Source: an uncultured Bacteroides sp.
GTDB taxonomy: Bacteria > Bacteroidota > Bacteroidia > Bacteroidales > Bacteroidaceae
Reading direction: 5' to 3'
Length of the DNA stretch: 64,000 nucleotides
NCBI GenBank assembly: GCA_900552645.1
Contig: USAN01000004.1
Span: 353-64,352, forward strand
The notes beneath the pieces are model-generated. The model was not told where the DNA came from and did not search any database. It saw only the letters and a program-made list of their open reading frames with translations. Position 1 is the first letter of the stretch. Every line of letters starts with the position of its first letter. This document shows positions 60,470 to 64,000 of this stretch, piece by piece. Position numbers and translations under genes: made by a program.

Positions 60470-60910
60470 ATGTTTAAATTATTAATTACAACCTTAATCA
60501 TGATGGGACTCACATTCGTAATAGGTTTCATCGTTGCAGCCATTATAAAATGGATTGCATATATAGCAGATACTATGAATTTCTACAGTTCGCACAGAAA
60601 AGAATTAGAGCGACTAAAGAAAATAAAGAGAATGCGCAATAAACTGGTAGCCTTTCTTTGTAATAATGATTTAAACAACAAAACGTTTGTTGATATCAAC
60701 GATAAGCGAGATGATTGGAAAAGAGGAGTAAATCACGATTTGCTAAATTTCAGACAGGTAGGTTATTATCACGGAGTAAGCCATGGAGAGTCAAAACTTG
60801 ATCTTTTAGATTATTACTATCCTGATACCAAATTACTGTATCTTAATAAACAGTCCGAATTAAACAAGAAGCAAAAAAGGGCAACGAAAAACTTAAATTT
60901 AAAGAAATAA
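60470..60910 (+). CDS. Hypothetical protein with N-terminal TM helix (possible decarboxylase gamma-type anchor)
   Basis: Hydrophobic residues 3-30; stop 1 bp before the beta-subunit gene. Confidence 0.55.
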   Translation: MFKLLITTLIMMGLTFVIGFIVAAIIKWIAYIADTMNFYSSHRKELERLKKIKRMRNKLVAFLCNNDLNNKTFVDINDKRDDWKRGVNHDLLNFRQVGYYHGVSHGESKLDLLDYYYPDTKLLYLNKQSELNKKQKRATKNLNLKK

Positions 60911-60911
60911 A

Positions 60912-62126
60912 ATGGAGAGTATTGATTTCGGAACATTGTTTCAAGGTTTTGGAACAATGATGGAGAGTGGTTGTCTACTGGCAAGCGCACGAGTTTTCTT
61001 AATATTCCTAGGATTCCTATTGGTATATTTAGGGTGGAAAGGTGTTTTGGAGCCAATGGTTATGATACCTATGGGATTGGGTATGACGGCTATAAATTGC
61101 AGTACATTGTTCATGCCAGGCGGACAACTCGGAAACCTATTTCTAGACCCAATGATTTCAAAACCAGATGAGCTCATGGATATAATGCAGATCGATTTTC
61201 TACAACCAATATACACTCTTACATTCAGCAATGGATTGATAGCGTGTCTTGTATTCATGGGCATAGGCACGTTACTTGATGTAGGATTTCTTCTCCAAAA
61301 GCCTTTTGCAAGTCTATTTGTAGCTTTATGCGGAGAACTTGGTACATTCCTCACTTTACCTATAGCATACAGCATGGGACTCAATCCTGGCGAAAGTGCA
61401 TCAATAGCAATGGTAGGAGGAGCAGACGGTCCAATGGTATTATTTACCTCACTTATAATGGCAAAACATCTATTCGTTCCAATTACAGTTGTGGCCTATC
61501 TCTATCTAGGACTTACATACGGAGGATATCCATATCTTGTAAAGCTTCTTATTCCAAAGAAGTTGAGAGCTATAAAAATGACAAACAAGAAGCCTGTAAA
61601 GAATTACGATCCTAAAGTAAAGTTAGCCTTTGCGACAGTTCTATGTGCTGTATTATGCTTCCTTTTTCCAGTAGCCTCACCATTATTCTTTTCTCTTTTC
61701 ATTGGAGTAGCAGTTCGTGAATCGGGTATGAAACATATCAATGACTTCGTAAGCGGGCCATTACTTTATGGATCTACGTTCATGCTAGGCTTACTTCTCG
61801 GAGTTTTATGCGATGCCAAACTTCTACTTGATCCCAAAGTGCTTATTCTTCTTGTACTTGGTATAATAGCACTTCTACTTTCGGGTATTGGTGGCATTAT
61901 AGGAGGTTATCTTATGTATTTCATAAAGAAAGGAAATTACAACCCTGTAATAGGTATTGCTGCAGTAAGTTGCGTACCAACTACAGCCAAGGTAGCTCAG
62001 AAAATAGTAAGCAAGGCAAATCCTGACTCATTTATATTAGGGGATGCATTGGGAGCAAATATATCAGGTGTAATAACGTCGGCTATTATTACAGGTATAT
62101 ATATAACAATACTACCTCTATTATAA
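60912..62126 (+). CDS. Na+-translocating decarboxylase beta subunit (MadB-like subfamily)
   Basis: LEPMVMIPMGLG, FSNGLIACLVF.GIG, GGADGP, IAAVSCVPTTAKVAQ. Confidence 0.88.
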   Translation: MESIDFGTLFQGFGTMMESGCLLASARVFLIFLGFLLVYLGWKGVLEPMVMIPMGLGMTAINCSTLFMPGGQLGNLFLDPMISKPDELMDIMQIDFLQPIYTLTFSNGLIACLVFMGIGTLLDVGFLLQKPFASLFVALCGELGTFLTLPIAYSMGLNPGESASIAMVGGADGPMVLFTSLIMAKHLFVPITVVAYLYLGLTYGGYPYLVKLLIPKKLRAIKMTNKKPVKNYDPKVKLAFATVLCAVLCFLFPVASPLFFSLFIGVAVRESGMKHINDFVSGPLLYGSTFMLGLLLGVLCDAKLLLDPKVLILLVLGIIALLLSGIGGIIGGYLMYFIKKGNYNPVIGIAAVSCVPTTAKVAQKIVSKANPDSFILGDALGANISGVITSAIITGIYITILPLL

Positions 62127-62193
62127 AAATACAAGAATATATATTACTATAAGTAAATAATATTAATAAGCAATATATACCACTAGTAACAAA

Positions 62194-62222
62194 AAATCTC
62201 GTTATAATTTATAACGAGATTT
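62194..62222. terminator. Hairpin between convergent genes
   Basis: AAATCTCGTTATAA-T-TTATAACGAGATTT. Confidence 0.7.
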
Positions 62223-62261
62223 ATATTTTAGATATCGGGATATATCCCAATCACACCATAA

Positions 62262-63305
62262 TTAATTATTTTCAGGACGTAGTTTACGAACAGTTTCGGC
62301 AGTTCTCCACATTTCGCTATCATGCAATGCCTTAAGTTCTGCATTAAGTTTTTCGCGATAATCAGATTGAGAATTACTGTCAATTGAAATCTGAGCTTCA
62401 TTTCCAGTTTTTACACTATCATACAAATTTTCCATAACTGGTTTGATAGCATCATGAAAAGGACCCATCCAGTCTAATGCACCTCTCTGTGCGGTTGTTG
62501 AACAGTTAGCATACATCCAGTCCATACCATTTTTTGCGAACAAAGGCATCAATGACTGAGTAAGCTCTTCTACTGTTTCATTAAAAGCTTCCGATGGAGT
62601 ATGACCGTTTTCACGCAAAACCTCATACTGCGCTAACAACAATCCCTGAATAGCTCCCATCAAAGAGCCACGTTCACCTGTCAAGTCAGAATAAACTTCA
62701 CGTTTAAATGTTGTTTCGAACAAATAACCCGAGCCCACACCTATACCAAGTGCAACACAACGATCATATGCCTTGCCTGTAGCATCCTGGAATATTGCAT
62801 AAGAAGAGTTCAATCCACGACCTTCAAGGAACATAGTACGTAAAGAAGTACCAGAACCTTTAGGTGCAATAAGAATAACATCTACATCGGCAGGAGGTAC
62901 TATGCCAGTGCGTTCCTTGTAAGTAATAGCAAAACCGTGAGAGAAATAGAGAGCCTTTCCAGGAGTAAGATGTTTCTTAATAGTAGGCCAGCACTCAATC
63001 TGAGCCGCATCCGATAAAAGTACCTGTATGATAGATGCTCTTTCACAAGCCTCTTCAATACTAAAAAGAGTTTCTCCAGGAACCCATCCATCAGCAACAG
63101 CTTTATCAAAAGTCTTGCCAGGACGCTGTCCTACTATTACATTAAAGCCATTGTCACGAAGGTTAAGTGCCTGTCCAGGACCCTGAACACCATAACCAAT
63201 AACAGCAATGGTTTCATTTTTCAATACTTCACGAGCTTTTTCCAAAGGAAACTCCTCACGGGTTACAACATTTTCAGTAACCCCTCCAAAATTCATTTGT
63301 GCCAT
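62262..63305 (-). CDS. ilvC: Ketol-acid reductoisomerase
   Basis: IGYGVQGPGQALNLRD, FSHGF, APKGSG, SDLTGERGSLMG, CSTTAQRG. Confidence 0.95.
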   Translation of the reverse strand: MAQMNFGGVTENVVTREEFPLEKAREVLKNETIAVIGYGVQGPGQALNLRDNGFNVIVGQRPGKTFDKAVADGWVPGETLFSIEEACERASIIQVLLSDAAQIECWPTIKKHLTPGKALYFSHGFAITYKERTGIVPPADVDVILIAPKGSGTSLRTMFLEGRGLNSSYAIFQDATGKAYDRCVALGIGVGSGYLFETTFKREVYSDLTGERGSLMGAIQGLLLAQYEVLRENGHTPSEAFNETVEELTQSLMPLFAKNGMDWMYANCSTTAQRGALDWMGPFHDAIKPVMENLYDSVKTGNEAQISIDSNSQSDYREKLNAELKALHDSEMWRTAETVRKLRPENN

Positions 63306-63349
63306 TTTAAATAATTTATTAAAAGAACTTTCATCCTTTAGTTATAATT

Positions 63350-64000
63350 TCAATTGAATATCACTTTACTGCGAACAACGACTTCATTATCGTCTTTCAT
63401 TATTTCTATATTATATTCATTCTCAACAACCTCTTCCATATAGAATTTCAAGGTATCATTATAATAGCTTTCAGCCACATATGCCAATTCAAACCTCTTA
63501 ATTTTCTTCTCCTTGAAGAAATCTATATTAAAAAGATCAAGAATATGTTCAATATATTTTATACTGTTTACATGACCATTTATATCTATATCACTATACC
63601 TAGTTATATACTGCGCTTCGAGTTTAGAATTTACAACCTTAAAACGTGCAGGTTTATCTATAAGACATTCCTTATCACATATATAAGTTACAATATTTCC
63701 ACCGTGCAGAGTCAACAAGTCAGCCGGTTTACGAGTAGTCAAATCTATCATAGCCCATATAGACCGTGCGTATCCTAATACTTTACCACTCTCACTTTTT
63801 ATTTCAAAATTACGGTCAGTAAAAAGTCGGTATACATTCTCTACCCATGTACTAACAGTAAACTTCTCGTACTGCATTGGCATTTCAAACATCTCTATTG
63901 CTAATCTTGAAAGCACCCATGTATAGGAGTTATCATTTAATTCGGCAATTCCAAATCCCCTGTCGGCTGCATGAAATCCAGCACAATTAAGAAGATGATT
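63350..64000 (-). CDS. Acyl-ACP thioesterase (5' end outside the window)
   Basis: Frame open to 64000 (NHLLNCAGFHAADRGFG...TWVLSRL); SDIDINGHVNSIKY. Confidence 0.9.
   Translation of the reverse strand, partial: NHLLNCAGFHAADRGFGIAELNDNSYTWVLSRLAIEMFEMPMQYEKFTVSTWVENVYRLFTDRNFEIKSESGKVLGYARSIWAMIDLTTRKPADLLTLHGGNIVTYICDKECLIDKPARFKVVNSKLEAQYITRYSDIDINGHVNSIKYIEHILDLFNIDFFKEKKIKRFELAYVAESYYNDTLKFYMEEVVENEYNIEIMKDDNEVVVRSKVIFN

Noticed and set aside
60941..61384. 147-aa minus-strand ORF, and the other short ORFs nested in long genes
   Set aside because: Shadow ORFs overlapping well-supported CDSs.

Overview
AT-rich Bacteroidales chromosomal window (Bacteroides/Phocaeicola-like, judged from TAnnTTTG promoter boxes and gene content). 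It is mostly housekeeping and envelope genes: secG, lptE, pdxA, rlmN, rpsA, rnz, mazG, valS, secA, lnb-like, coaX, lptC, ppiD and ilvC. Four accessory elements are embedded. (1) An 8-gene inositol cluster at 7.4-15.2 kb (MIPS, PfkB kinase, MFS, HAD, flippase-like protein, CDP-alcohol phosphotransferase, ATP-grasp, NTP-transferase); by eye the ATP-grasp carries motifs of eukaryotic ITPK1 inositol-phosphate kinases, and this is the best candidate for an undescribed system. (2) A GT2-DUF4922 fusion / signal-less SpoIID / AmpG module near murK-murQ. (3) An ISL3-type element with an 8-bp target duplication that splits a 172-codon gene and has a duplicated end. (4) An orphan MadB-like decarboxylase beta subunit. 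Also seen: a probably catalytically dead alkaline phosphatase coupled to lnb, a 4x22-bp palindromic array and a small dispersed hairpin family. No rRNA, tRNA or CRISPR array was seen. All family assignments are by-eye motif recognition; no database searches were run.
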